NCBI GenBank assembly: GCA_965221905.1 | Contig: OZ244922.1 | Location: 1,600,001 to 1,664,000, forward strand | Reading direction: 5' to 3' | Source: Chloroflexota bacterium | Lineage (GTDB): Bacteria > Chloroflexota > UBA11872 > VXOZ01 | DNA length: 64,000 nt | In this document: positions 41,747-51,957 of the stretch, piece after piece | Position numbering within the stretch: the first letter of the stretch is position 1 | Layout of the letters: every line of letters begins with the position of its first letter | Made by a program: the position numbers and the translations under genes | The notes under the pieces: model-generated | The model's input: the letters and a program-made list of their open reading frames with translations, nothing else | What the model was told of the DNA's origin: nothing | Databases searched by the model: none

Positions 41747-42715
41747 ATGCGTATTGCAATTCTAGAGATCAGCCACTGGCACGTACCGCTGTACTTGCCG
41801 GCGTTTACGGCGCTTGGCATTACGCCGGTGGCGGTGTCGGACGAGCAGCCGGGCTACGCCGAACGGTTCGCCGGTCAATATTCCGGTTGCACGCCGTACG
41901 TGGACTATGTGGAACTCTTAGAAACAGAGAAGCCCGACTTCGTGTTCGTGTTTGGGCGCTACCGGCTGCAGCCTGAAATCGCCACCGCACTCCTCGAGCG
42001 GCGCATTCCCTTCGTCATCGAGAAACCGCTCGGTACTGACGCCGGTCAATTCGAACGGTTGATCGCACTGGCTAAGCAAAATGACGTCTTTGTCGCTATA
42101 CCACTTACGAACCGCGCGGCGCCGTTTTCCCAAGCCGTGATGGAGTTGCGCGCAAACGGACGCATGGGGCAGATTAGGCATGCTCACTTTCGCTATGCCG
42201 GCGGCCCGGTGCAGCGGTACGTAGATTCCGGCTGTCCTTGGATGCTAAATGCTGAAGAGTCCGGCGGTGGCGCGCTCCGTAACCTTGGCGTACACTATGC
42301 AGACCTCTTTTCCTGGTTCACAGGAAGCCGGGAAGTACGCGTGGGGTCCGCCCACTTGCGGCGCATCACGCCGGGAATTCCAGTGGAAGAGTATGCAAAC
42401 GTTTCGTTTTGCGGTGATGGCGACGCCTTTGCCACAGTCGAAGTTGCGTATACGTATCCGGCGGATGCCGCCGACGTGGTCTGGAACGTGAGCGACGGCA
42501 CAACCTACGTTACGTATCGCGACGGCGCAACGCGCATCATTACCGAAGAGGGTATCGAGGAGCGCGGCGGCCACTCCGTGCCGGGACTCTACCAGGATTT
42601 CGTCAAGAATACGTTGCATGCATACCGCGAGGGACAAGCTCCCCTCGCTACCATCGAAGATATGCACCGCGCCATGGTGCTAGTGGATGCCTGCTACGCT
42701 AAGGCGGGTAAGTAA
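41747..42715 (+). CDS. Gfo/Idh/MocA family oxidoreductase
   Basis: SHWH N-terminus, IEKPLG, GGGALRNLGVH. Confidence 0.9.
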   Translation: MRIAILEISHWHVPLYLPAFTALGITPVAVSDEQPGYAERFAGQYSGCTPYVDYVELLETEKPDFVFVFGRYRLQPEIATALLERRIPFVIEKPLGTDAGQFERLIALAKQNDVFVAIPLTNRAAPFSQAVMELRANGRMGQIRHAHFRYAGGPVQRYVDSGCPWMLNAEESGGGALRNLGVHYADLFSWFTGSREVRVGSAHLRRITPGIPVEEYANVSFCGDGDAFATVEVAYTYPADAADVVWNVSDGTTYVTYRDGATRIITEEGIEERGGHSVPGLYQDFVKNTLHAYREGQAPLATIEDMHRAMVLVDACYAKAGK

Positions 42716-42740
42716 GTCTCGTTTTGAGGGATGGTGTCAT

Positions 42741-43448
42741 ATGGAGTCGCGAACGATCTTGATCGGCAGCGCCACTGCGCGCACGGGAGAGGCCGTGATT
42801 ACGGCATTCCTCAGTGCCGGGTATCGCGTGGCGGCCACGAGCCGCAGTCGAGACCAACTCGAATCAACGCTGAATCGCATCCCCAATGGGAATTCGGTGC
42901 TTGGGATAGAGGCAGATCTCTCTAAGCCGGAAGATGCCGCAGACGCGGTGCGCCGGACCTGCGCAGCATTCGGTCGTCTGGATGCGGCTACGCTGCTATC
43001 GGGCAGCTTCGATCAGCGCGAGGTAACGGAGACGACATTGGCCGACTTGCAGCATCAGATCGAAGCGAATCTCTATACGAGCTACAATCTTGTGCGTGCG
43101 GCGCTGCCGGTTATGCTGGCGCAAGGGCAGGGCCACATAGTCACAGTCGCGGGCGGCAGCGCCAATGATCCTGCGCCGGGTCGGGCGCTCTTCGGTGCCA
43201 GCAAAGCCGCAGTGGTCACCTTCACTAAGGGCGTGGCTCGTGACTACAAGCAGCGCGGCATTGTGCCCACGTGCCTTGTGGCGGGCACGATTGCGACAGA
43301 AGAGGCGAAGCAATACCTCGATGCTGAAGAATTCCAAAATGCCGTGAGCCTCGATGAGTTTGCCAACGCGCTCGTCTTCCTCGCCTCACCGGCTGCCACC
43401 GGCTTCGCCGGCAGCATCCTGGAACTCTACGCGCGCGAGGTAGACTAG
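42741..43448 (+). CDS. SDR family oxidoreductase (atypical, YxxxK reads FGASK)
   Basis: ADLS, FGRLD, GHIVTVA, FGASKAAV, FLAS. Confidence 0.85.
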   Translation: MESRTILIGSATARTGEAVITAFLSAGYRVAATSRSRDQLESTLNRIPNGNSVLGIEADLSKPEDAADAVRRTCAAFGRLDAATLLSGSFDQREVTETTLADLQHQIEANLYTSYNLVRAALPVMLAQGQGHIVTVAGGSANDPAPGRALFGASKAAVVTFTKGVARDYKQRGIVPTCLVAGTIATEEAKQYLDAEEFQNAVSLDEFANALVFLASPAATGFAGSILELYAREVD

Positions 43449-43550
43449 GAGTGCGCGAAGTAGACAAGAACCATCGGAATTCTTGTCCCTATGTGTGTAA
43501 AGTGACATCTCAAGCGTAGCCTAGACGAAGAGTCTGTCGAGATGCAGTAA

Positions 43551-43672
43551 GCCGTTCGTACTGAGCCTGCCGTAGAGTCGGAAAACGGGCGGCGTGTCGG
43601 ACCCACGGCGGTAGCATGTCCTATGCCACCGTGTCGCTGCCGTTCACCCTTCGACAAGCTCAGGGCGAACGG
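43551..43672. repeat. Inverted REP pair (cttcgacaagctcagggcgaacgg family)
   Basis: gccgttcgtactgagcctgccg ... cccttcgacaagctcagggcgaacgg. Confidence 0.7.
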
Positions 43673-43851
43673 AGAGTTGGCACTTAGGGCGTTCGCAAGA
43701 AGAGATTCGTTTCGCGGTAAGTGGGGCAGTGCCCCACACGAGATGCGCGTTCGACCACTGCTCACTTTAATAGCCCAATTGCGGGAGCGCGCTTGCGATT
43801 GGTAGTATGGGATGAGAAGCACGACTCCGATCGGAGCCAGGAGATCAAAAC

Positions 43852-44163
43852 ATGGCTATTCTTGCTGTAGACGTAATTCGCGAAGGTTTGAAGGAAGTTA
43901 TCGACCCTGAACTGGGCGTCAATATTGTCGACTTGGGCCTAATCTACGAGATTAAAACCTCTGAGGATGACAACAATGTCGAAATCAGGATGACGCTCAC
44001 ATTCCCCGGTTGCCCGGCGGGGCCGTATATCATCGCCCAGGTGAATCAGGTGGTAGAAGACCTTGAGGGCGTGGAGGAAGTGGACGTTGAGATAGTTTGG
44101 GACCCGGTGTGGTCGCCGGAAATGATGTCCGAAGAGATTCGGATGGAATACGGCTACATGTAG
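43852..44163 (+). CDS. Metal-sulfur cluster assembly factor (DUF59, SufT/PaaD-like)
   Basis: VIDPELGVNIVDLGLIY, MTLTFPGCP, WDPVWSPEMMS. Confidence 0.93.
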   Translation: MAILAVDVIREGLKEVIDPELGVNIVDLGLIYEIKTSEDDNNVEIRMTLTFPGCPAGPYIIAQVNQVVEDLEGVEEVDVEIVWDPVWSPEMMSEEIRMEYGYM

Positions 44164-44206
44164 GTGCTTGGCCCCTACACGTGGCTGCAATTGCTTTGAG
44201 ATTCTT

Positions 44207-44251
44207 GACAGCCGCCGGATGAGTACTACGGTATTTGATCTGGCGGCTGTC
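44207..44251. other. Strong hairpin with cUACGg tetraloop downstream of DUF59 gene (terminator/stabiliser candidate)
   Basis: gacagccgccggatgagtac-tacg-gtatttgatctggcggctgtc. Confidence 0.5.
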
Positions 44252-44611
44252 TGTGTGCGGGCCGCCCGTGGCTGAGCCGGCTCTTTTCTATGAAGTATCA
44301 GGTTCTACTGCAAGCCTAGTCAAGCGAAACGCCGAGAAGGTCCGAAGCCGGACGCAGGTTTCAAACCTGCGTTACCAGGGAATACCGACCTGTCGTTCAC
44401 GAGCAACTTACCGAGTCCGTTGAGATTAGCTTGCGACAGGGGGCTAACGGGTAGAGTGGCGCAGAGATCGCCGTAGGCTTGACGCCACTGTCTTGTCGCA
44501 GCAATTAGAACGCTGCGGGCACCACTTTGGTGTATCGGTTTGCGTTCAAGAGACTTACCCGGTCCGTCCTGCGGCGGGTGCCGATTTGATTTGTCGAAGG
44601 GTGATGCGCGT

Positions 44612-45745
44612 ATGGCAGACGAAGTAGGTCTTGTTCTTTTCGCGGGCAAACAAGGCACGAGCGCGCTTGAGCGGTTGGTCTATGCCAGTCACCTTGCCAT
44701 CGCCCGCGACCTCGTTGCAAGGGCGCAGGCTGCGGGAGGGTTTGCACCAATTGTCGTTGCCACTTCGCAAGCAGAGTCCTTTAGCAACATTGGGTCCGGG
44801 GTCATCGTTACGCCAACAGCGCAGCAAGATTGCTTCCATTTTGGCAAGTCTCTCGCGGACATCATCTCTCCACACGGTATGTCTCGGGTGCTGTACATCG
44901 GCGGCGGCAGTAGCCCTTTGCTCTCTGTTGCCGAATTGGCTAACCTGCGGGACGTGGTTGCGCGCCTTGACCATGGTGTGATTGCGAACAATTTCTTTTC
45001 GGCAGACTTCATTGGCTTTCATCCAGGCAATGCGCTAACGGCTGTCGCCCTTCCCCAGCAGCGCGATAACGGCCTGGCGCGCCAGTTGGTGCAAGAAGCA
45101 AATCTCTTGCATGAGCCGCTGGAACCAACTATTGCTTCCATGTTTGATATTGACACGCCCACCGATCTTGCGATGCTGGCACTGCATCCGCTCTGCGGGT
45201 CGGCTACGCGGGCGTATGTGTCACACGATGCCGTAGCCCGGCAGTTGGCGCCGCTTATCTCGCGCCTGCAAGAGGCGATGCCAACATTTGTACGGCCGCA
45301 AGAGGAGGTCATTCTGGCCGGGCGCGTCAGCGCGCAGCTCTGGCCGCTGCTCAGGCAGGATATGGCGTGCCGCATTCGCGTTTTCTCCGAAGAGCGCGGC
45401 ATGAGCACGAGCACGCGACCGGTGCGCTCGTTGCTGGGATTCTACTTGGAAGAAGTCGGACCGTCGGCTTTCTTCGATGCGTTCTCGCAGATGGGAGACG
45501 CCCTCTTTCTGGACACCCGGGTCCTGTTTGGGCACAGCGGACGCATGATCAGCGGCCACGACCGGTTTGCCGCCGACTTGGGCTTGGTTCAGGAGATTCT
45601 TGATGACTCAACGCAGGCCTTGGCCGAGGCAGCGTGGGGCGCGGGTTTTCCAGTGGTGCTGGGCGGCAATGCGGCGGTGAGCGGCGGTCTATGGTCGCTG
45701 GTGGATGCCGCGTGGCGCTTGCACGACGACGGCGCTTTGCTGTAA
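44612..45745 (+). CDS. Uncharacterised nucleotidyltransferase-fold protein with CofC/DUF2064-like N-terminal domain
   Basis: IVVATS, FHFG..L, YIGGGSSPLL, NNFFSADF, FDIDTPTDL, then C-terminal EERGM...GGNAAVSGG. Confidence 0.7.
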   Translation: MADEVGLVLFAGKQGTSALERLVYASHLAIARDLVARAQAAGGFAPIVVATSQAESFSNIGSGVIVTPTAQQDCFHFGKSLADIISPHGMSRVLYIGGGSSPLLSVAELANLRDVVARLDHGVIANNFFSADFIGFHPGNALTAVALPQQRDNGLARQLVQEANLLHEPLEPTIASMFDIDTPTDLAMLALHPLCGSATRAYVSHDAVARQLAPLISRLQEAMPTFVRPQEEVILAGRVSAQLWPLLRQDMACRIRVFSEERGMSTSTRPVRSLLGFYLEEVGPSAFFDAFSQMGDALFLDTRVLFGHSGRMISGHDRFAADLGLVQEILDDSTQALAEAAWGAGFPVVLGGNAAVSGGLWSLVDAAWRLHDDGALL

Positions 45746-45854
45746 TTGAGGTCCTCTCAAGCCCGTAGCCTTCTTGCCAACGATCAATTACGCTATTATG
45801 ACATCGTGGTCTCACGGCAGGAATTCGAGCGAGAAGGGGAAGGGAATCGTGGCG

Positions 45855-46210
45855 ATGGCCAAGAATGTTCGCCCGAAGAGACCCTTGAATTCTGTCAGCT
45901 TGAAAGAAGAGCTTGCGGCTGCTTTGGCCGCCCGTCGCGAATTGGGCGAACAGTATGAAGATCACGTCGCGGCGGCGCTTGCCGAGCGCATCGATTCCCT
46001 TATCGATCAGCGCGTGCAGGCCGCAATGAACCAAACACGCAAGCAGGCGAAGTCGGACTCAGAACCTTTCTCAAGGTGGCGATGCCTGTATTGGGCTTTG
46101 GCGTTCCGCTGACAATTGTCGGCGCGATCGTGGCTGGTGCGGACGGCTTCTACGCCGTACTGGCAATGATCTTCGTCATCAATGTTCTTTGGCTATGGCG
46201 CTCACGATAG
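45855..46210 (+). pseudogene. Small membrane protein gene interrupted by a -1 frameshift
   Basis: Frame 1: ...EELAAALAARRELGEQYEDHVAAALAERID...; the -1 frame continues FLKVAMPVLGFGVPLTIVGAIVAGADGFYAVLAMIFVINVLWLWRSR to stop at 46210. Confidence 0.65.
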
Positions 46211-46343
46211 TTTTGCTTTGCTACTGATCTATCGGCGCGGCTGCTATGCCCAACCCGCGAAGCGAATGTTGATTTTTCCAAGAGCCAAGTATGTCCGCTG
46301 TTGATTGAAGATGCGGAGCCGGGTAAGGAAGCGTTGTAATCCT

Positions 46344-47183
46344 TCACTCTCGCGACCACATCCGGAACAGAATTCCCCCACCGACCAGAAGCAGCACCAC
46401 ACCTGCAAGCGTAAACCACCACGGTTGGTGCGCGTGCACTCCTTCTTCCCAGGCGCTGAAGCCTTGAATTTCCACTTTCAACACGTCAGCCATGACGACC
46501 ACCATGCCGTTGTTCAGGGCGTGGCCGATTAAGGCCGGAAGCAGGGACTTGGTCTGTAACGTCCACCAAGCAAAGGCGAGACCAAGGAAGAACGCTCCCA
46601 GGAATTGCCAAGGGTTCATATGAATTGCGCCAAACAGGAATGCGGTGCCAAAGACCGCCCACTTAGTGCCGTAGTTGCGCGCAAAGCCGTGCAGCAATAT
46701 GCCACGGAAAATGGGCTCTTCAGTGAGGGGCGCGACGACCACGAGCACAATGAAGGTGCCAAGCGCAAAGCCCTGGCCGAGACCAAGCTCAGTGAGCATT
46801 TCCATAAACCAGTCCGGTACCGGCAGGAATCGTTGCAGGACGTTGCCGAGTTCCGATATTACGATGATGAGACCGAGCGCCATTACTAGCATCGGCAGCA
46901 GCAAAGCGGGCGAAAAACCCCGCAGGTAGAGGATTTCCCGCGCGGAAATGCGTGACCATGCTACGGCTACGATGGCCGTCGCCCCGAAGGTGGCTACACT
47001 AACAATGGTGAGCAGTGTGGTCAGCTCTTGATTCGGAATGGACTGAATTACTTGGTAGGCGGCGACAACCACTGTAGCGCCCAATTGCAATATCACGAGG
47101 AGGGCAAGCAAGACAATCGCTTGCCAGACGGTGGGAAAGGCGCGGGTCTTAGGTTGGTTGTTCTCGGCCGTTGATTCAGTCAT
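46344..47183 (-). CDS. CPBP family intramembrane glutamic endopeptidase (CAAX/Abi)
   Basis: APLTEEPIFRG, FGAIH, HALNN; multiple TM. Confidence 0.93.
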   Translation of the reverse strand: MTESTAENNQPKTRAFPTVWQAIVLLALLVILQLGATVVVAAYQVIQSIPNQELTTLLTIVSVATFGATAIVAVAWSRISAREILYLRGFSPALLLPMLVMALGLIIVISELGNVLQRFLPVPDWFMEMLTELGLGQGFALGTFIVLVVVAPLTEEPIFRGILLHGFARNYGTKWAVFGTAFLFGAIHMNPWQFLGAFFLGLAFAWWTLQTKSLLPALIGHALNNGMVVVMADVLKVEIQGFSAWEEGVHAHQPWWFTLAGVVLLLVGGGILFRMWSRE

Positions 47184-47757
47184 CGCCCTAGGGTTGAGTG
47201 CATTCTAGGCCACATACTGCTAGCCGCCAGGCACGCCGAGACGCTTTGGAATTGTCACGGTCCGTACCCGTACTCTGCTGTATTGGATGCACGTGTCGTA
47301 CGGCGTGTCCGGCTTGTTTTCCAGAGGTCCTCGTCGCGGCTAGTATAGCATCGACGTTCCCGCAGCGCGCGCATTCGGTTGCCAATCAGAGTGCTTCTGC
47401 CCTCTTACCATGCCGATAGTTTGGACAAAGGAGGAATTGCCATTGAGATGCAAATGGAGGTCCATCGTACTCGCAAGGTACAGAGACATTCTGTACAGGA
47501 ATCCTTCCGCCCTCATTCGCGCCTGGGGCGGATAGACGGTACAATAGGGTGAGTGTGTTCCGGATGTTGCAAAGGCTCTTTGTAGGCGCTCAGCGAAGAC
47601 TGAGCGAGCGCTAAGAATAGGCTGAGCAGGCACTTTGAAATGGTTGCGCAAGCAATCTGAAGTTGCACTGAGCGTGTAGGGCGTAAGCAAATCTGAGCAA
47701 AGAGCCGGCTAAAGAGAGATGCTGAAAGAGAGACATATAGAAGCTGTGAGTGTAGCG

Positions 47758-48582
47758 ATGAAGATGTCAATCGAAGAACTGAAAGAACAGGCGCGCATAC
47801 TGCGACGCGACATAATTACCTGTACGACGATTGCGGGATCCGGCCATCCGTCGAGCTCGCTCTCCGGCGTGGAGATCATGGCGGCGCTCTATTTCGGCGG
47901 TATCATGCAGTACAATCCCGTAGAGCCCCAATGGAAAGACCGCGATCGCTTTATCATGAGCAAAGGTCATGCGAGCCCGTTGCTCTACGTCGTCCTGGCA
48001 CATGCCGGGTATTTCTCCACGGATATGCTGGCGACGCTTAGGCAAATCGAGAGCCCGCTGGAAGGGCATCCTAACATGTCCCGTTTGCCTGGCGTAGAAG
48101 CCAGCACCGGCTCTTTGGGTCAGGGCCTTTCGCTCGGCTTGGGTCATGCTTTCGCCGCCCGTATTGAGAAGAGAGACTCCCATGTGTTCGTCATCTTGGG
48201 TGACGGCGAGCAGGACGAAGGCCAGATATGGGAAGCTGCCATGACGGCGGCTCACTACAACCTCGATAATGTTACGGCAATCGTAGACCACAACAAGGCC
48301 CAGCAGACCGGCTGGGTGCGGGACGTGCTGGACTACTCTCCGCTTGCCGAGAAGTGGCGGGCCTTTCAATGGGACGTCCAGGAGATTGACGGTCACAATA
48401 TGGAAACTGTGGCGACCGCGTTGCAGCGCGCCAAGGCGACCCAGGGACGCCCATCCTGCATCATCGCGCACACAGTGAAGGGCAAAGGCGTTTCCTTTGT
48501 GGAAGCAGACTACTCATATCACGGCAAAGCGCTTACCAAGGAAGAAGAACAACGCGCCCTGGAGGAATTGGGATGGCAGTAG
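47758..48582 (+). CDS. Transketolase N-terminal (TPP-binding) subunit
   Basis: SGHPSSSLS, DRFIMSKGHA, STGSLGQG, GDGEQDEGQIWE. Confidence 0.95.
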   Translation: MKMSIEELKEQARILRRDIITCTTIAGSGHPSSSLSGVEIMAALYFGGIMQYNPVEPQWKDRDRFIMSKGHASPLLYVVLAHAGYFSTDMLATLRQIESPLEGHPNMSRLPGVEASTGSLGQGLSLGLGHAFAARIEKRDSHVFVILGDGEQDEGQIWEAAMTAAHYNLDNVTAIVDHNKAQQTGWVRDVLDYSPLAEKWRAFQWDVQEIDGHNMETVATALQRAKATQGRPSCIIAHTVKGKGVSFVEADYSYHGKALTKEEEQRALEELGWQ

Positions 48583-49526
48583 AATCTGATACCGGTTTCA
48601 AAATGGGCAAGGCAACCCGTGACGCGTTTGGCGCCGCTCTGCGCGAGGCCGGCCGGACCAATTCGGACATCGTCGTGGTGGATGGCGACGTCAATAATTC
48701 AACGCGCACGGAGTGGTTTGCTCAGGAGTTTCCCGAGCGCTTCATCAACGTGGGCATTGCGGAATCGAACTTGGTGGGGATCGGCGCGGGCCTGGCGGCC
48801 TGCGGCAAGCTGCCGGTGATCGCCAGCTTTGCCTGCTTCATTATGTGCAACGCCTACGACCAGTTGCGCATGTCGGTAGCGTTTCCGAACCTCAACGTCA
48901 AGGTGGTGGGCAGTCACGCAGGCATCAGCATCGGTGAAGACGGCCCTTCGCAGATGGCGATCGAGGACGTGGCCCTGGCTTTGGGCTTGCCGACGTTTAC
49001 CGTGATCGTACCCGCCGATGAACCCTCGACGCACAAGGCCGTGGCGGCGATGTTGGAGTCCGAAGGACCGGCGTACATGCGCGTGGGCCGACCGGACGTG
49101 CCGCTCGTCTACGGCGACGATCCTGATATTACGTTGGGCAGGGCGAACGAGTTGCGCAGCGGCAGTGACATTACACTCATAGCCAACGGCATTATGGTGG
49201 CTGCCGCATTGGAAGCGGCGCAGGCGCTCGCCGCGGAGGGTGTGCAGGCGCGCGTGCTCGACGTGCACACCGTGCGGCCGCTAGACGTGGAAGCAGTGAC
49301 GAGTGCGGCGCGCGAGACGGGCAAGATCGTGGTGGCTGAGGAACATCTGGTCCAGGGCGGGCTGGGCAGCGTGGTGGCAATGGCGGTTGTCGAGCACGCT
49401 CCTTGTCCCATGGCATTCGTTGGAGTGGAGAATACGTACGCCGAGTCCGGGGATGCGGCTGCGCTCCTCAAGAAATATGGCTTGACCGCCGAGCATATTG
49501 CGGCCAAGGCCCGCTCATTGCTCTAG
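48573..49526 (+). CDS. Transketolase C-terminal subunit
   Basis: ATRDAFG, NVGIAE, GEDGPSQ, EEHLVQGGLGS; overlaps the N-terminal subunit gene. Confidence 0.95.
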   Translation: MAVESDTGFKMGKATRDAFGAALREAGRTNSDIVVVDGDVNNSTRTEWFAQEFPERFINVGIAESNLVGIGAGLAACGKLPVIASFACFIMCNAYDQLRMSVAFPNLNVKVVGSHAGISIGEDGPSQMAIEDVALALGLPTFTVIVPADEPSTHKAVAAMLESEGPAYMRVGRPDVPLVYGDDPDITLGRANELRSGSDITLIANGIMVAAALEAAQALAAEGVQARVLDVHTVRPLDVEAVTSAARETGKIVVAEEHLVQGGLGSVVAMAVVEHAPCPMAFVGVENTYAESGDAAALLKKYGLTAEHIAAKARSLL

Positions 49527-49770
49527 CGCCGATTCGTACCGGATGCCGCTGCCCGCTTGAATTGTTTGGCAAGAACAGGCATCATTGTACATAGCCCCTG
49601 TTTCTTCAATCCCAGAGAGTGCGTATTGGACTGCGTTGAATGCACCCCCGTTTGTGTTATTCGCCCAAGCGCAGCTTGGATTGGTAGATATTCCATACAA
49701 CGTCAGACACAGAGACGTTTGGTATGTGCATCCATTCGGGCCGTGGCAAAGATAGCGTGCTAGAGGAGGA

Positions 49771-50595
49771 GTGTTGCCAGTGAAAACGAGCCTAACGAGC
49801 CTTCGGTTAATTCTTCTATTGTTGGGTTTTGCGGTCTTTACGGCTGCGTGCCTCCCCTTCGTGGGAGACGGCAACGGTGACGATGCAACGCCCACGCCCG
49901 ATGAAATCCCAACGATCATACGCCCGAGCCCGGACTCTGCGCAGCCGGCCTCCTCACCAATACCGACTATTGTCCCGCTACCGACTCAAGGGCCGCAACC
50001 CACAAGCCCGGCGCCGGCGTGTACGCCACGGAACGATTGGCCTGTTTACACTGTGGAGTCCGGGGATACGCTCTATAGCATCGCCGTCCGCAGCGATACG
50101 ACGGATGATGTACTGCAGGCGGCGAACTGCCTGCCTGACCCCAATAAGATTAGCGTAGGTCAGAGTCTGCGCGTACCGAAACAACCGGAACCACGGGAAC
50201 CTGCTGCGACCCCCGAGCCCGCCGCGACGCAACAGCCATTCTTCCAGGGGACGCCGGCACCCGGTGCGACCGGGGACGTGGAATTCACGATTATCGTAGA
50301 GGGAAACACAGCCACCCTCGTTTCCCAAGGATCTTACCAGGCGGGGACAACTGACGGCGACGTTAAACTTGGTATTTCGGTTAGCAATGTTACGAGCTTT
50401 GAGGTGGTCCGTGGGGATGGCCGCGTCTTGCATAGAGGACAGGCCGCTTCCGGTAGCACGACCGCAGGCGGTAATTACATCTTTAGAAGAATCGATCGTG
50501 CAGAGGGCAGCAACTTTTTAATCTTTACCATAAAGGCCCACAAGCCGGATGGCACGACCGTTGAAGGGAATCCCGTCTACATTCGATGGCCGTAG
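49771..50595 (+). CDS. LysM domain lipoprotein
   Basis: TAAC lipobox, P/T linker, YTVESGDTLYSIA...LQAANCLPDPNKISVGQSLRVP. Confidence 0.9.
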   Translation: MLPVKTSLTSLRLILLLLGFAVFTAACLPFVGDGNGDDATPTPDEIPTIIRPSPDSAQPASSPIPTIVPLPTQGPQPTSPAPACTPRNDWPVYTVESGDTLYSIAVRSDTTDDVLQAANCLPDPNKISVGQSLRVPKQPEPREPAATPEPAATQQPFFQGTPAPGATGDVEFTIIVEGNTATLVSQGSYQAGTTDGDVKLGISVSNVTSFEVVRGDGRVLHRGQAASGSTTAGGNYIFRRIDRAEGSNFLIFTIKAHKPDGTTVEGNPVYIRWP

Positions 50596-50715
50596 CAGTG
50601 ACAGCGCCATTGTTGGGTTCGTGATGGTAGGTGTACGACGCCAAATGTACTTGAACTTGATCGGCTAGTTCGCTGACGAACCCCGTTCCGTGTCAGGTCC
50701 CATTCAGAAACAGAC

Positions 50716-50764
50716 AAAGGAATAGCCCCGGGAAGCAAGATGAGTTGCCCGGGGCTATCCTTTT
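50716..50764. terminator. Bidirectional intrinsic terminator between convergent genes
   Basis: aaagga-atagccccggg ... cccggggctat-cctttt. Confidence 0.7.
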
Positions 50765-50778
50765 CCCAATTTAGTAGG

Positions 50779-51921
50779 TCACTCGTTTTTCAAGAGAAAT
50801 GATCCCGCGGACAATGGATGCGTACGTTCGGCGAGGGGGATGCTGACGCGCTGTCCGGTCAGGTGCGAGGTGTAGATTGCCATCACCATCTCCAGGTTGA
50901 GGCGGCCGGTTTCCCCACTGCACGGGTGCTCGCTGCCGGTCTCAATTGATGAGATGAGTTCACGCAGGATGGGCGTGATGCCCTCCTTCCCGAAGCCAGG
51001 ATCATTCTCCTCCGGCACCTCCACGCGTTGCCACAGCGGCTCCTCCTGCAAGTCAGGGGCATAGAAGGCAGGCACGGGCAAGTGGTAAAGATCCCCGCTG
51101 CCGCGCCGTGTGCCGGTGCCGCGCAACGAAAGCTGGCCTTTCGTGCCGAGCACGTCAACGCTGTAAAGCAGGCTGTTCGTCTTCTCATAGCCGAGGAAAT
51201 AGCACTCGCCTACCGGCGCGCGCGTCATGCCGAAGAGGGCAAAGGCGCGTTCTCCCAGCACCAAGCCGGAGGCGCGGTCGCGGGGGCTCATTTCCTGTGA
51301 ATCCATGATGTGAGCGGTAGTGGCGGCCTCTCCCTGCCACGTCAGGTGCGCAAAGCACCACTGCGGCGCCCCGCCGATGTATTGCATGCGGTCGAAGACG
51401 TGGGTACCCATCTCCATCAACTCGTTGCCGGCCTTGCGGCCGCTCTTGTTGTTGCCGCGCACCAGAATGACGTCGCCGATGTCGCCGTTCTCGACCATGG
51501 CTCGCATGCGTTTCAGGGAAGGACGCACGGTTGCCTGGTGATTGATGGCGAGCTTTACGCCGGCCTTCTCGCAGGCATCAACCATCTGATCGGTTTCCGC
51601 CAGGTCGAGGGCCATCGGCTTCTCGCAGAGCACGTGCACGCCGTGCTCGGCCGCAGCGACGGTGGCAGCGCAATGCTGGGGCCCTTGGGTAGCGATTGAC
51701 ACCATGTCCGGTCTTTCTGTCGCGAACATGGCATGGTAGTCGGTGTAACGGTTTGCAACGTTGAACGCATCGCCAACCGCTTGCAGACGGTCTTCGTCAA
51801 TGTCACACACCGCCACGACGTCTATTTCCGGGACTTCATTGAGCGCGCGCAGGTGGGACGTGCTCATCCCTCCGCAGCCGATTAGTGCCGCTCGGTATCG
51901 TTTCATTGCTCTTTCCTTCAT
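50779..51921 (-). CDS. Gfo/Idh/MocA family oxidoreductase
   Basis: IGCGGMS, CEKPMA, MEMGTH. Confidence 0.92.
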   Translation of the reverse strand: MKERAMKRYRAALIGCGGMSTSHLRALNEVPEIDVVAVCDIDEDRLQAVGDAFNVANRYTDYHAMFATERPDMVSIATQGPQHCAATVAAAEHGVHVLCEKPMALDLAETDQMVDACEKAGVKLAINHQATVRPSLKRMRAMVENGDIGDVILVRGNNKSGRKAGNELMEMGTHVFDRMQYIGGAPQWCFAHLTWQGEAATTAHIMDSQEMSPRDRASGLVLGERAFALFGMTRAPVGECYFLGYEKTNSLLYSVDVLGTKGQLSLRGTGTRRGSGDLYHLPVPAFYAPDLQEEPLWQRVEVPEENDPGFGKEGITPILRELISSIETGSEHPCSGETGRLNLEMVMAIYTSHLTGQRVSIPLAERTHPLSAGSFLLKNE

Positions 51922-51957
51922 GCATTCAGCAGCTTGTCGCGACGGTCTGGGCGGTTT

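Noticed and set aside
47574-47706. ggctctttg...caaagagcc ISL3-like ends
   Set aside because: Only a 9-bp IR, no target duplication and no transposase remnant; cannot be called beyond a possible MITE relic
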